Numbered from the stretch's first letter, positions 1 through 12,310 are shown. The stretch: DNA of 64,000 nucleotides from Balamuthia mandrillaris (GCA_031835245.2 JAVKOQ020000035.1:124001-188000); one strand, 5' to 3'. The notes: a model not told the origin generated them from the letters alone. Numbers and translations: made by a program.

Positions 1-38
1 TCTCTCTCTCTCTCTCTCTCTCTCTCTTGCTCCAACAG

Positions 39-215
39 GAAGTACGCAGCGTGGCCAACCAAATCAACTTTTGCTACGGAGGGTACTCTTCTTTTTGCTT
101 CTGCTCTGCTGCCTTTGCTTTTGCTTCTCTCCTTCTAGCTTCTCATTCTCTCCTTTCACGTCTCTCTGCTTGTCGTTCTCTTCACCTCCTCTTCTCTCGT
201 TATAGCGCTCTTCTC

Positions 216-265
<50 letters not shown>

Positions 266-834
266 TCAACTAAGCACATAATTATTAAACAAATAGAACG
301 CGAAGCAGCAAAAGACCGTTGGAGCTGCACATAACAAGCGTGGAGGGCCGAATTGAGGAGGCTTTGCTGCGACATGCCGGCTACGACCGATGGCACGTGG
401 GCAAGCACCGGGAGGATTATCTCCACGTCTTTGCCGAGGAGAAGGAGAAGCTGGTCTATCTCTCTCCCGATGCGGAGACCGTGTTGGAAGTTTTGGACGA
501 AGACAAGATCTATATCGTGGGCGGCATTGCTGATGTAAATATCAAAAAGGTTTGTTGTTTCTTGTAATGACTACGTGCTAGCCAGTTCACTTTATGATTT
601 GATTCTTGTGCTTCTGTCCTCCGTCTTCCTCCTGCCTTCTTCTTGGTAACTTACCGCTTTTATGAACCAAATAACAGGGATTAACGTATCACAAGGCAAA
701 AGCCCAGGGCATTCCTTCAGCACGTCTTCCACTTCGCCGTTTTTCCACAGTTGGCCGAACGGTCCTCAACATCAACCACGGTATCACTTTATCTTTTTGT
801 TGTTGTTTTATATCTTCTCACAAGGTTTTTTTGC

Positions 835-879
<45 letters not shown>

Positions 880-1066
880 CCCCCCTCCATTCTCTCTCTT
901 GTTTCCCGTTTTAGTGGTGGACATATTGACCGAGGTAGCAGAGAACGGGGACTGGGAGGCTGCTTTTGATCGACACGTTCCCGTGCGCAAAGTCTATCAG
1001 CACTCCGCTTTGCGAAAACAAGAAAACGAAAATGAAAACGAAAATGAAAACGAAAAAGAGAACTAA
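39..1066 (+). CDS. TRM10: tRNA (guanine-N1 at position 9) methyltransferase, TRM10/SPOUT family; 5' end lies outside the window
   Basis: Spliced exons 39-82, 297-549, 678-780 and 915-1066 (GT-AG) give EVRSVANQINFCYG...LVYLSPDAETVLEVLDEDKIYIVGGIADVNIKK-GLTYHKAKAQGIPSARLPL...VLNINHVVDIL...DWEAAFDRHVPVRK, the typical Trm10 motifs. Confidence 0.9.
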
Positions 1067-1186
1067 AAATAATAATAGGTTGACACCATATCACCACGAT
1101 AATAGGCTAATAGTTTCATATTCGTGACGACGTGGGGAAAGTGTCGACAAGAATACCAAGCTGAAAGAAAAGAAAAAAAAGTAGCG

Positions 1187-2158
1187 ATGAAGAAGGCGAC
1201 CACATGGGAGGAAGCAGAGCTGAAGCTCAAGCTGCTGCTGAAGGAGCTGCGGTGGACAGAAGAAGAGCTGTTCACGGGTTCCGATGAAGAAGGGGACAGA
1301 GGGGAAGAAGATCATGAACGGAAGCGAAAAAAGGCCGAGGAGGAAGAAAAAGATTTACTGCGCTCACACGAGACCGCTAGAAAACTACTCTACGCAGATG
1401 CTCCTGGAGTCGTTTGCTTCCCGTACGTGCACCCCTAGCCTTCTCCTTCTTTTTCTTCTTTCTTCTTGTTTATTCACGACTATATTTTTAAAACATCAAA
1501 AACAGAACATCAAAATTCTTCGATTACTCAAACTGCGTAGCAGAAGCAAAACGAACGAAAGCCGCAAGACCTGATTTCAAAGATGCTTCGCTGGACCTAT
1601 TTCTTTCATCTTCCGCTTCTGCTTCTGCTTCTTCATCGTCAACAACGGGAGACAAAACACAGCTCCAACTGTTGGCTGAGCAAAGAGACTATAAACGCCG
1701 ACGACGGTCGTACCGCGCAAAGAACGTTCACATCACGAAACGAACTCCCATTCAGGTTTCCTTTCTTCTTGTTCTTCTTCTTCTTCTTCTTGTTCTTCTT
1801 CTCCTTGTCGTCCCCTTCTCCTTCTCCTTCTCCTTCTCCTTCTCCTTCTCCTTCTCCTTCTCCTTCTCCTCCTCCCTGTTCTTTGTTCTCTTCTCTTGCT
1901 TTTCTCTCAACTAACAGTCGTTTTGCTTGCTGAAAAATAAAGGTTACAAGGGACTTTATCAACAAGCGCATGGAAGAACTTGAAGCCATCCTCCTGCAGC
2001 AACAACACGAACAAGAGCAACAACAAACGAAAACATTAAGCAATGAAGAAGAACCTGCTCAAGCAAGAAATAGTAGTAATAGGCGAAGAGATATCCAAAG
2101 CAACCAGAAACGACGAAGAGAAGCAGGAAACGAAGACTATTACCACCATCGAGGGTAG
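1187..2158 (+). CDS. SNRNP48: U11/U12 snRNP 48 kDa protein-like (minor spliceosome component)
   Basis: Exons about 1187-1422, 1506-1755 and 1942-2158 join in frame. They contain LLAEQRDYKRRRRSYRAKNVHITKRTPIQVTRDFINKRMEEL, nearly identical to the SNRNP48 signature (EVRDYKRRRQSYRAKNVHITKKSYTEVIRDVI...MEEL) as I recall it. Confidence 0.85.
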
Positions 2159-2160
2159 AG

Positions 2161-2640
2161 ATGGCGGGAGTGCATCCCTCTGTCCACTCGCTGACATTTT
2201 GCAATGCTGCTGGCGCTGCTCTTGGAGGGCACTTGTGGAGACCTTGAAGTGGATGAAGGAAGAGATGGAGGCAAGAACCTGGGCTGAAGGTGAAATTGAA
2301 AAGAGCAAGCCGAAGTGTTGACGTGAGATCAGGTTTGCAGGTACGCTGCCTCAGGAGGACACCTCTGTACTCCAGCACCGCCAGGGGAGAACGGTTGGAT
2401 GTGCTGCTGGAGGACGGTCTCGGCCTCCCCTTCGACGGATCTCGTTACGCTTGCTCCATCGTTCCGCCAACGCGGGTCAAACCTGGAGGTGCTCGCGTTC
2501 CTTCGCCTGGAGGTCCGGCTGGGGGGGGTGGAAGCTGCTGCGGTGGATGTGTTGGGAGGCGCGCCTCTCCTGTCCCGTCAGCAAGAGGACGTTGCTGGAA
2601 GTTGAGAAAGCACGAGAAAGAAGCGCCCTGGGAAGGAGCG
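2161..2640 (+). pseudogene. Frameshifted ankyrin-repeat gene remnant (GHLEVLKWL-type repeats)
   Basis: Ankyrin-like pieces are split across three frames: FCNAAGAALGGHL / VETLKWMKEE; TARGERLDVLLEDGLGLPFD...ACS; RGSNLEVLAFLR; GWKLLRWMCWEARLSCPVSKRT. There is no continuous ORF, and I saw no intron-like sequence at the frameshifts. Confidence 0.55.
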
Positions 2641-2902
2641 TTGGTGGGGGGGAGGATGACTTGCTTCTTGCTGCTTCTTGCTGCTTTCTTCTTTGGTCGA
2701 CAAAAATTAACTGGAAATCATCAGGAACAAAAACCGTCCTGGGAAAGTGTCTACTTTTCGCTTGGCTTCTGCATGGACAAATTCTTACCGGAGTACATGC
2801 CCTTTCCATGATCCAATTTTGTTGGTATTAAAAAACAAGAAAGAAGTAACGAATCAATCCACACAACAACGATCGAACGATCGATAGAGGTCCCAACAAA
2901 GC

Positions 2903-3729
2903 ATGCGTTCCGTGTTTCTGCGCAATGTCGGTGGCGCACGAGCCAGTGTTCAACCCTCCTGCTTGACGGCACAGACCAAGCGAAGCTTCTTTCCTTCTCT
3001 CGCTTCCCTATCCGCCTCTCCTCAGCGTTCTTATTCATCTTCGGTTCCAGACAGTTAACCATCTTTTTCTCCTTTCTCTTCTCTCTCTCTCTCTCTCTCT
3101 CTCTCCTCTCTTTCGGTTAATGTTGTGTTGCAAAAACAAAAAAGTGAGTCTCGGTTTAACGCCTGATCAACGCGAGTTCCAAAGGGTGGCTCTGGACTTT
3201 GCGACGAAGGAGATGTTGCCTCACGCTGAAAAATGGGACGAGGAGGAGATCTTTCCGGTTGAAGTGCTCAAACAGCTCGCTTCGCTAGGCTTTGCTGGTT
3301 TGTCTCTTCTCTAGTTGCTCTCTCCTTCTCCTTTGCTCTTCTCGCTTCCTGCTGCTCTCTTTTCTCTCGTTGCTCTGCTTCTATGCTTCTCTCTCTCTCT
3401 CTCTCTCTCGTTATATCATCTTCTCATGTCTTTTTCATGTGATAAGGCATCTACACAAGAGACGACGTTGGAGGGAGTGGGCTGTCGCGTTTGGATGCTG
3501 CCGTTGTGTTCGAAGCGTTGTCCACGGCGTGCCCCTCCACGACAGCCTATCTCAGCATTCACAACATGTGTTCATGGGTCATTGATGCCTTTGGAAACGA
3601 TGAACAGCGACGCAACTACCTCCCTTCTCTCACCTCCTTAGAAGTATGTTCTTTAACTTCTTTTCTTCTGCTTCTTATTGCTCTTGTTCTTCTGCTTCAT
3701 CTTATACTCCTTCTTATTTGTTGTTCATG

Positions 3730-3763
<34 letters not shown>

Positions 3764-4934
3764 ATCTCCCTATCTCTCTCTCTCTCTTTCTCTCTATTCT
3801 TATTTTCTTAACGATGTTCATCACAACACAAGCGTTTTTCGTCGTATTGTTTGACAGAGCCAGGAGCGGGCTCCGATGCTGCCGCCTTGAAAACGACCGC
3901 CATCAAAGAAGGAGGAGACTACGTTCTCAACGGCTCCAAGGCCTTCATCAGCGGTGGTGGAGCCAGTGACGTCTATTTGGTGATGGCTCGCACCGGAAAG
4001 GACGCTGGTCCAGCTGGCATATCTTGCATTCTTGTGGAGAAGGATGCTCCTGGATTGAGTTTTGGCAAGAAAGAGAAAAAGGTGATTCTCCATCTGTTTT
4101 CCACTCTTTTTTTTTTCCTCCACTGTCTCATCTTTCTTCCTTTTGTCTTTGATAGTTGGGTTGGAACTCGCAGCCAACGCGTGCCGTCATTTTTGAGAAT
4201 TGCAGAGTGCCTCAACGCAATCTCATTGGCAAGGAAGGAGAAGGCTTCCGTATCGCGATGAAGGCTCTGGATGGCGGTCGCATCAACATTGGTAAAATAC
4301 TTCATTTGTTTCTCATTTGTATTATTCCAACAGCTGACAAAAACTTCAAAACACAAAAGGAGCGTGCAGTCTTGGCGCGGCGCAAGCCTGCTTCGACCTT
4401 GCCCGAGAGCATACCCTGGTTCGGCACGCCTTTGGGAAGCCCCTCGCCGCCAACCAGTCCATCCAGTTCAAGTTGGCCGACATGGCCACCAGCTTGACTG
4501 CCGCAAGACAGATGGTTCGCACGGCGGCCACGAAGATTGATGAGGGGGCGCCGGACTTGACGCCCTATTGCGCCATGGCCAAGCGATATTCCACTGATGT
4601 TGGCTTTGAGGTTTGTTTTCTTCCCCCTTCTCCTTCTCTGTCGTTTTTCATTATTCGCAAAGCGATCTCACTGAACAACAATGATAACAGGTCTGCAATG
4701 ATGCGTTGCAGTTGTTCGGTGGGTATGGCTATTTGAAGGATTATCCACTGAACCGTTATTTGAGGGACGTTCGCGTTCATCAGATTCTTGAAGGAACAAA
4801 CGGTACAAGCAGTCTTGCTCTTTCTTGCATCGTTTCTTTCTTTCTTTCTTTTCCACGTAACTAATGTTTATGTTATTTCCCACTTAGAAATCATGAGGCT
4901 GATTGTTGCTCGGAGTATACTCTCACCAAAGTAA
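2903..4934 (+). CDS. ACAD8: Isobutyryl-CoA dehydrogenase (mitochondrial acyl-CoA dehydrogenase 8)
   Basis: Basic/Ser-rich targeting peptide followed by multi-exon [17 protein letters not shown]...[11 protein letters not shown]...[11 protein letters not shown]...[11 protein letters not shown]...[15 protein letters not shown]...LDGGRINI...[32 protein letters not shown]. Confidence 0.93.
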
Positions 4935-4950
4935 AGAAAATAAAAGGTTT

Positions 4951-5423
4951 TTATCCTTTTCGCTTGAACAAAATACAGCGTATGTTGTTAGCTTCTTCTT
5001 CATTCTCTTCTTGCTTTCTTTCTTGTTGAGCAGACAGTTGGAGCAGAAGTTTTTTTGGGTATTCGAAGAGCTCGTAATGGAATCCTTCTTTCTCCGCTTC
5101 TTCCAACACTCTTTGATCTAACCTGTTGTGCATTCAGTCCATGAGTTTAAGAAAACGAAACGAGAAAGAGAGAGAGGAGATTAGAACCGTTGTCCACGAA
5201 TGCTATACATGAGAAGGAAGAAAGCGTTTTCGTGCCGAGCCAACAATCCATTCACCGTTTGAAAGAGTGGTGCTAACAGTTCTTCATCATATCTGCATTA
5301 CCAACGAGATGTCTTAACAAAAATATTTGCAAGAGAAGACAAGGAGCAAGGTTTTCCGTACACTAAATCTGCTCCCTGTTTAGCAACAGCGAAGCAACAG
5401 AAGGATCAGCCAAAACTAACCAA

Positions 5424-5466
<43 letters not shown>

Positions 5467-5898
5467 GACGATACCAGTATAACATCGAACGAATGACACG
5501 TCTCCCCTTCAGAACGCCACTGCTCCAAACCTTCCTCACCCCACCGCAACAACTTGCATCGCGCATTCCTCTTCTTCTTTTCGTTTCCTCCGTCTTGTTT
5601 GTCTTCCTCATCTTCCTCTGTGAAAATGTGTTGCTTGTTGTTCGCGAGGTTGGCCTCCAATAGAGATAATGTCTCCTCGTTTCCATCCGTCAACACCACT
5701 TCCAAAGCATGAAAGGCTGCAACCAGTCCTACTAATCCAGCGCCTGCCCCAAGTTCTAAAACTCGTTGTTGGGGTTGACGGGAGAATAACGAAGATGCTT
5801 TGGTTTGTTGTTCATGTTTGTGGGTGGTTTGCCAAAAGATGTAATGTGCCTTTCGTTGTTTTAAGGATGGAACAAACTGTCAGATAGACGAAGAAGAA

Positions 5899-5933
<35 letters not shown>

Positions 5934-6564
5934 AGAAGAAGAAGAAGAAGAAGAAGAAGAAGAACAAGAAGAAGAACAAGAAGAAGAACAGGAGAGGGAG
6001 AGGAGAGCAAGAGAGAGAGAGAGAGAGAGAAGCAAAGAAGCAGAGAAATACACGCAATGAGAGAGAAGAACGAATGTGAGAGTATAGAAGAGAGAACTAG
6101 GAAAGAGAAAAACGCAGAGAGGAGAAGCAGAGATTGATAGAAGAGAATGTGAGAGTATACAAGAGAATTAGGCAAGAGAAAGAAGCAGAGAAGAACGGAT
6201 AGCAGACAACTGAACACAAGAGAGAACGAAGCGAACCAGAGCTTCAGAGGCAGGCCAGACAAGCAGCCCTGTCAAATCAGAACTTCCATCCAAGATGCCC
6301 GCTGTTCTTGCATTACGTGAGAACAAAAAACATGCAACAGTGAAAACGTTGCCCAATACATACCAGCGTCCATCGGACTCAACTGATCCAACTTGGAGAT
6401 CGTAAGCCGACGTTCAATCGTTTCGCTTTTCATATCGGCATCATCGGCTTTCTTCCAAGAAAAAACGAAACTCTTTTGTCCACATTCTGCATAGCTTTAA
6501 ATATCTTTAAAAAAAATGTGTCAACGGTGTTCATAGAAATGAAGGTTTACCTCAACGACAGCAT
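4951..6564 (-). CDS. Class I SAM-dependent protein methyltransferase (Methyltransf_16 / METTL21-23-like)
   Basis: Spliced product contains DLTGLLVWPASEAL, motif I RVLELGAGAGLVGL, VVLTDGNEE, LLRWG and FDVIL-GADLV-YDEELLAPLFQT. Includes a 14-nt microexon at 5362-5375. Start inferred at ATG 6564. Confidence 0.85.
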
Positions 6565-6764
6565 TGTATGCAACACTGTCGACGATGATTATCAGCTGCG
6601 ATCGGTTCTTCTCTTCTTTTCTTCTTCACTTTCTTTTGAGGTATGCTAAATATTTCAAGAACGCGAAGAATTGAAGTAATGATGAAAATTCAAAACGCTC
6701 AAAGAATTTTAGTAATTTAAACAATGCAAAATATGTTCAAACATGCAAAGAATGCAAACAATTT

Positions 6765-7217
6765 TCACTCCTTCTTCTCTTCTTGCTTCTTCTCCTCCTC
6801 GTCAGAAGTGCTCAAGATGCTTCCTTTCTTCTCGTCCTTCTTGGCCAGGGCCATGTCCTCATCCGTGGACACTATCTTCTCCATCACAAAGTGGTCGTTG
6901 GTGTAGATGCAAAGATCAGCGGCCACTCTCATGCTCTTCCTGGCGATCTGCTCGGCGTCCATGTCTGGAATGTCGATCAGCCCGCGTGCGCACGCCAACG
7001 CAAAACTTCCTCCTGATCCTGTTGGTCGTTTTATTTGAGTTTCTGCTTCCATGAAAAGAGAAAAAGACAGGTAAAAACGAGGGAAAGATACCAATGGCGA
7101 TGATGCCTTCATTTGGTTCAATGACGTCGCCGTTGCCCGTTAGGGTGAGAGCCAAGTCCTTGTCTGCCACCACCATCATCGCCTTTATTTGATGAGGGGA
7201 GGTTAGAAATACTTCAA

Positions 7218-7249
<32 letters not shown>

Positions 7250-7785
7250 AAGAAGAAGAAGAAGAAGAAGAAGAACAAGAAGAAGAAGAACAAGAAGAAC
7301 AAGAAGAACAAGAACAAGAACAAGAAGAAGAAGAAGAAGAAGAAGAAGAAGAAGAACAAGAAGAACAAGAACAGAAGTGAGGAATTTACCTCTAAGCGAC
7401 GAAGAAACTTGTCAGTTCTCCATTCTTTTGCCAAGTCCACGCAGGACCGAAGCAGTTGACCTTGGTGCTTTTCTATCTTCTCCTCCAACCTTTCGAACAG
7501 CGTAAAAGCATCCGCTGTTGCACCTGTGTTTGAAAAAGTACTTTTGGGATTAAAAAGTGAAAGCAGCATTTATCCTCTGTTCTCACGCATTCTAACTCTT
7601 TTTTGTTGTCTGCTTTCGTTCTTCTCTTCTATTCGCGTTGTCATCTCTCGCTTTTCTCTGCTTTCTCTCTTCTCTTCTCTTCTCTTCTTCTTCTTCTTCT
7701 CTCTTTCCTCTCTTCTTCTCACTTTCCTCCTCCTATCCTTTTTGCCGTTCTTCTCTCTCCTTTCTCTCCTCACTCTCTTCTCTCT

Positions 7786-7859
<74 letters not shown>

Positions 7860-8314
7860 ACTCTCCTTCTTTCGCTTTCACCCAAAATAAGCACAGACAC
7901 AAACAAACAAAAACGAACCAGCAAAGCCAGCAATGATGCCAGGGCGAATCTGACGAACTTTACGAGCGTTGGGTTTCATGATGGTGCTGCCAAAACTGAC
8001 CTGGCCGTCCCCAATCATCACCACTTGGTTCCCTTTCTTAACACAAAGTATGGTCGTGCCATAGATCTTTTTTTTTTAACACACAACAACAACAAAAACA
8101 AAGTTAACATAGCATAAGGATTGGAAGAGGCGATGTTTAGAGTTTTTGTTTTTACCTGCGTGGATTTGTGATCGGAAGAAATCGATCGATAACTGAGGTT
8201 GTTGCCGCTGAGTAGAGCGGGAGTCGTTCGTAAGAGAGGCGCAGTGCTGAACACACTGCGAGCGGTGGGCACGAACGTGCCGCAGCTGCTTCCACGCCTC
8301 AAGCTTTGCATCAT
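6765..8314 (-). CDS. hslV: Mitochondrial HslV (ClpQ) ATP-dependent protease subunit
   Basis: Targeting peptide, then mature N-terminal [23 protein letters not shown]...[18 protein letters not shown]...[14 protein letters not shown]...GNGDVIEP...[10 protein letters not shown]...CIYTNDHF, across 5 exons. Confidence 0.95.
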
Positions 8315-8537
8315 CCTCCTCCGTCGGTAGCTTCTACTGTCCAACTCACTCTTTGTTGTTTTTTTTCTCAAGTAGAAAAATCTTGAAATGACAGCAACAC
8401 CAACTAACGAGGAAATGTCTTCCGGGATGCTGCTGGATAACCTGTCCAACTTGGAAGGACATTTGTTGTATCGGACGCTGTCCACATGATGGAAATTCCG
8501 TGGCAAATCACTTAATCCGTGTCGTCATGATTTAGAA

Positions 8538-8860
8538 GCAGAGGAGAGGAGAGAGGGGAGAGGAGAGGAGAGAGGGGAGAGGAGAGAGAGGAGAGAGGGG
8601 AGAGGAGAGGAGAGGAGAGGAGGAGAGAGCAGAGAGCAGAGAGGAGAGAGCAGAGAGGGGAGAGGAGAGGAGAGAGGGAGAGGAGAGGAGAGAGGAGAGA
8701 GGAGAGACAGAGAGGAGAGAGCAGAGAGCAGAGAGGAGAGAGCAGAGAGGAGAGAGCAGAGAGCAGAGAGCAGAGAGCAGAGAGCAGAGAGCAGAGAGCA
8801 GAGAGCAGAGAGCAGAGAGAGAGGAGAGAGGAGAGAGGAGCAGAGAAGAGAGAGGAACGA
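8538..8860. repeat. Degenerate (GAGAGCA)n/(GGAGA)n satellite in the 3' flank of the first Fsl gene
   Basis: Tandem gagagca and gagga units are directly visible. Confidence 0.9.
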
Positions 8861-8879
8861 GGAGAGCGTTGTGCGACAA

Positions 8880-11085
8880 TCAATAGGACGAGTTCTTGTT
8901 GACCTGCTCGGTGTGGGAAGCGGTGGAGCTGGTGGTGGCGAAGGTGGTGGTCCTGCGCAGGATCTTCCCCAAGCAGCCGTCCTCCTCCTCCCCTCGCCGC
9001 CCCCGCTTGCCCCCGCCCGCCGTTCGCCACAGCACCAGCAGGCAGCGGTCCACGAACAGCAGGAAGAGGAGCAAGCCCATGAAGGTGTAGCCGATGCCCT
9101 TCAGCACCATCAGCTCGTAGTTGGCCACCGAGTCGCTCAGCTGGCAGGAGGAGAGCTGGTGGGGGTTGATGAAGAGGCAGACGAGGTAGTCCTCGTAGCC
9201 GGAGGTGATGTCCCCCTCGTGGAGGGTGTAGTTCAGCTCGTAGGCGAACTGGCAGGTGCAGCACACCAGGAAGAGCAGGATGAAGACCATGAGGCGGAGG
9301 TAGGTGCGCAGCAGGCGGGTGCGGCTCTGCGGGGACTGCAGGGCGGTGCGGATGAGGACCACGGAGGAGAGGAGGAAGAGGCAGAGGGAGAGGAGGATGC
9401 AGAGGGAGACGGGCAGGAACCAGAAGAGGATCCGCCAAACGCCGTCGTCTTCGTGGGAGACGAAACACCTTTGGAGGAACATAGGGTTAGAGGAAGAGAG
9501 GAAGAGAAGGAGGAGGAGGAGGAGCAGAAGAAGAAGAAGAAGAAGAACAAGAACAAGGAGAAGAAGGAGAAGAAGAAGGAGAAGAAGAAGGAGAAGAAGA
9601 ACAAGAAGAAGAACAAGAACAAGAAGAAGAAGAAGAAGGAGAAGAAGAAGAAGAAGAAGAAGAAGAAGAAGAACAAGAAGAACAAGAAGAAGAAGAAGAA
9701 GAAGAACAAGAAGAAGAAGAAGAAGAAGAACAAGAAGAAGAAGAAGAACAAGAAGAAGAACAAGAAGAAGAAGAACAAGAACAAGAAGAAGAAGAACAAG
9801 AACAAGAAGAAGAAGAAGAAGACATACATGGAGGAACCAGGAGGATAGGCGTATTTGTCCGCAGCAGCAGGAATCAGGATGAAGAGAAAAGGCAAGGCCC
9901 ACCCAACGCAATGGTAGACGATCTCTCTCACTCGTTTATGACGCGAGTTGAGCTTCGTGGCAAAGGTAACCTGCAAGACAACCGTTTGCAGCAAAAGAGA
10001 AAAGAAGCGCAAGGACAATGGTTAAAGAGAAGAGGAAGAGAGAAGGGAAGACAGGAGAAGAGAGAAGGGAGAGGCAGAGAGAGAGAGAACAGAGAAGAGA
10101 TTCCAGGGTTCGTTACCTCCAAGAAGAGATTGAGGGTGACAAAGAAGCACCAGATAGCCATTCCAATGAAGCCAAAGTGTAACAACACTCCTGTTTTGTT
10201 TGTTGCAACAGAGAAAGAAAGCAAGACATGAGATAAACAGATATAACAACCATTGAAACGAATGCACGGCACTAACCTTGAAAGGTGCACAATCCGCTTT
10301 TGGCTGACAAGCTCTCCATGTCGAACTGCACAAAAGCCAAGTCCACCTCCATCTTCACGTCCGGCAAGAACACGGTGTCTCCGCACCAGGTCTCGTGGTA
10401 GCCGGCAAACAAAGCGATGAGCATGGCCCACGCTGCGACGTGAGCGCAGATGGCCACCATCAGCACCAGGTTTGCCGGAAAGGTGCGAAAGCGCTTTTGC
10501 AGCAAGAAGGAGCAAACAAAGATGGCGCTGCTCACCTGTTACTACAGTCAGAGGTGAAGAAACATAAAGAGAGAAAGGAGCATAGTTGAAAAGCAGAAGT
10601 GAGAGAGAGAGAGAGAGAATAGAGCCAATAGAAGAGCTAAGAATGAAACGTGAATATACCCAAGATAAAACTCCAAGCACGCTTTGCATGATGTGGATAG
10701 CGTCGTATTGCTCCTCCGTCACGCCGGGCGTGGGACAAGGCAGCGCACAGCTCTTCCCCGTGGGCACCAACTGGCCGTCACAATAAACCTCGCTGTTCTC
10801 CACATCCACTCTCAAACAGGTCAAGTTGGTCTGCCATCCGCTCTCCGCATCCTCCCAAAGATAGGTTTCGCTCTGCCAGAAGGAAACGTTCTGCGCGTTG
10901 ACGTCCGTCTCGTTGCATAGCAGCACGTTGCCCTCCTGTATCATCTCTCCCTCTGGGAGCCACATCGCTGCTCCCGGAAAGGCTAACTGACCGTCGCATT
11001 CTTCCACTAGCAGAAGAACAGAACAAAACAAAACAAGTGAACAGAATGAAAGAGGTTGAAAAGGAAGAGAAGAGGAGAGAAGAGA

Positions 11086-11130
<45 letters not shown>

Positions 11131-11936
11131 CTCGTGAAACACAAGAGTTACATACAGTAGTCGATGCAGTCTTGATAGCATGGCATTACAGGTTGAGCTA
11201 TCACCTCTGTATTTAAAATGTATGAAATGTTATTCGTGTCATGTTTGTGAAACCGCTGAAGGAGAAGGAGAAGGAGAAGGAGAAGGAGAAGGAGAAGGAG
11301 AAGGAGAAGGAGAAGGAGAAGGAGAAGAACAAGCACAAGAAGAAGGAGAAGGCAAAGTTCAGAGACCTACGAGAGAAGAGAAGGAGGAAGCAAGACGAAG
11401 AGAAGAGAAGGAGGAAGAGAAGAGCAGAGAAGAGAACGATGAAGAGAAGGGCAAAGAGCAAAGAGAGTATCTTCAAACAAAAAGTAAGAAATAAGGAATA
11501 CCTTCTCCGCGTTTAATGCAAGGCCGGAGAAAGGTAGAACACAGCGAGTTCAAAACGAGGTTGCCGCACCGCTCAGTCAAAGTCCTTATCCGCAGCAAGT
11601 TCACTTTCAACGTTCCCTCCAGCCACAGCTCCTGCACGAATATGCTGTTCTGGACGTATCCTCCATCCGGGTGGGGAAGCATGCGGTCGTCGACGAATAT
11701 CAGGTCCCCTTCTACAACAAAGAAGTCATAGGAAATGCGTGAAAAGGGAAGAGAGAGAAAAATAAAGAAAATAAAAGAAAGGACAAACCAGCCATTCCAG
11801 GGAACTGAGAACAAAACGAAGCCCTGTTGCTCCGCGGTTGACATGTCCCTCCGTTGAAGGCATTCGTGCGAACCGTCACAAACGCAACCAACAACGACAG
11901 AAGCACGTAAATACACTTTCTACTACTGACACACAT
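8880..11936 (-). CDS. Frizzled/Smoothened-like class F GPCR, tandem copy 1
   Basis: Signal peptide, Cys-rich FZ-like domain (GGTCQPR...FCSQFPG...CGNLVLNSLCSTFLRPC...PVMPCYQDCIDYC..EC), SCALPCP linker, then 7TM region (RTFPANLVL..., LCTFQG.LLHFG...WCFFVTLNL, YHCVGWALP, CFVSHE...WRILFWFLP). Confidence 0.85.
9500..9822. repeat. Intronic (AAG)n/(AAGAAC)n compound microsatellite
   Basis: Directly visible; lies inside the last intron of Fsl copy 1. Confidence 0.95.
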
Positions 11937-12310
11937 TTCTGTATTTTTTTTGTTTTCTCTCTTCTTTTTTCTTTTCTTACTTTCGTGTTTATCTTATCAC
12001 TTTATTATTTTAATCCCTAGGAAAATGCTTGGTCCAATGTTTTTTTTTGCTACTCCGGTACGCATGTTTATGTTTTTGTTGTCAGGTGATGATTCATACA
12101 GTGTCACTTGCCAAACAAACTTTCATTTCGGGAGCGTTTGACGACATCCATTCGAAGAAAACGAGAGACCAGCATCTGCATTACTGTCGACAGGTGAAAA
12201 TTCTTTTCCAGTAGAAATTCAGAAATAGATCTAAGATCATATCATATCCATTTAAAAATCAAAGAATTCACCCAATATTTTTCACGTGCAGCTATTTTTC
12301 TTTTGTTTTT

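Noticed and set aside
781..914. Possible U12-type intron (donor GTATCACTTT); similar GTATCTTT donor in hslV intron 7019-7091
   Set aside because: The donors deviate from RTATCCTT and no TCCTTAAC branch site is visible, so I treat them as U2-type.
8538..8860. CRISPR-like or telomeric array
   Set aside because: These are degenerate 5-7-bp tandem units without unique spacers or a telomere consensus, in a eukaryotic context.
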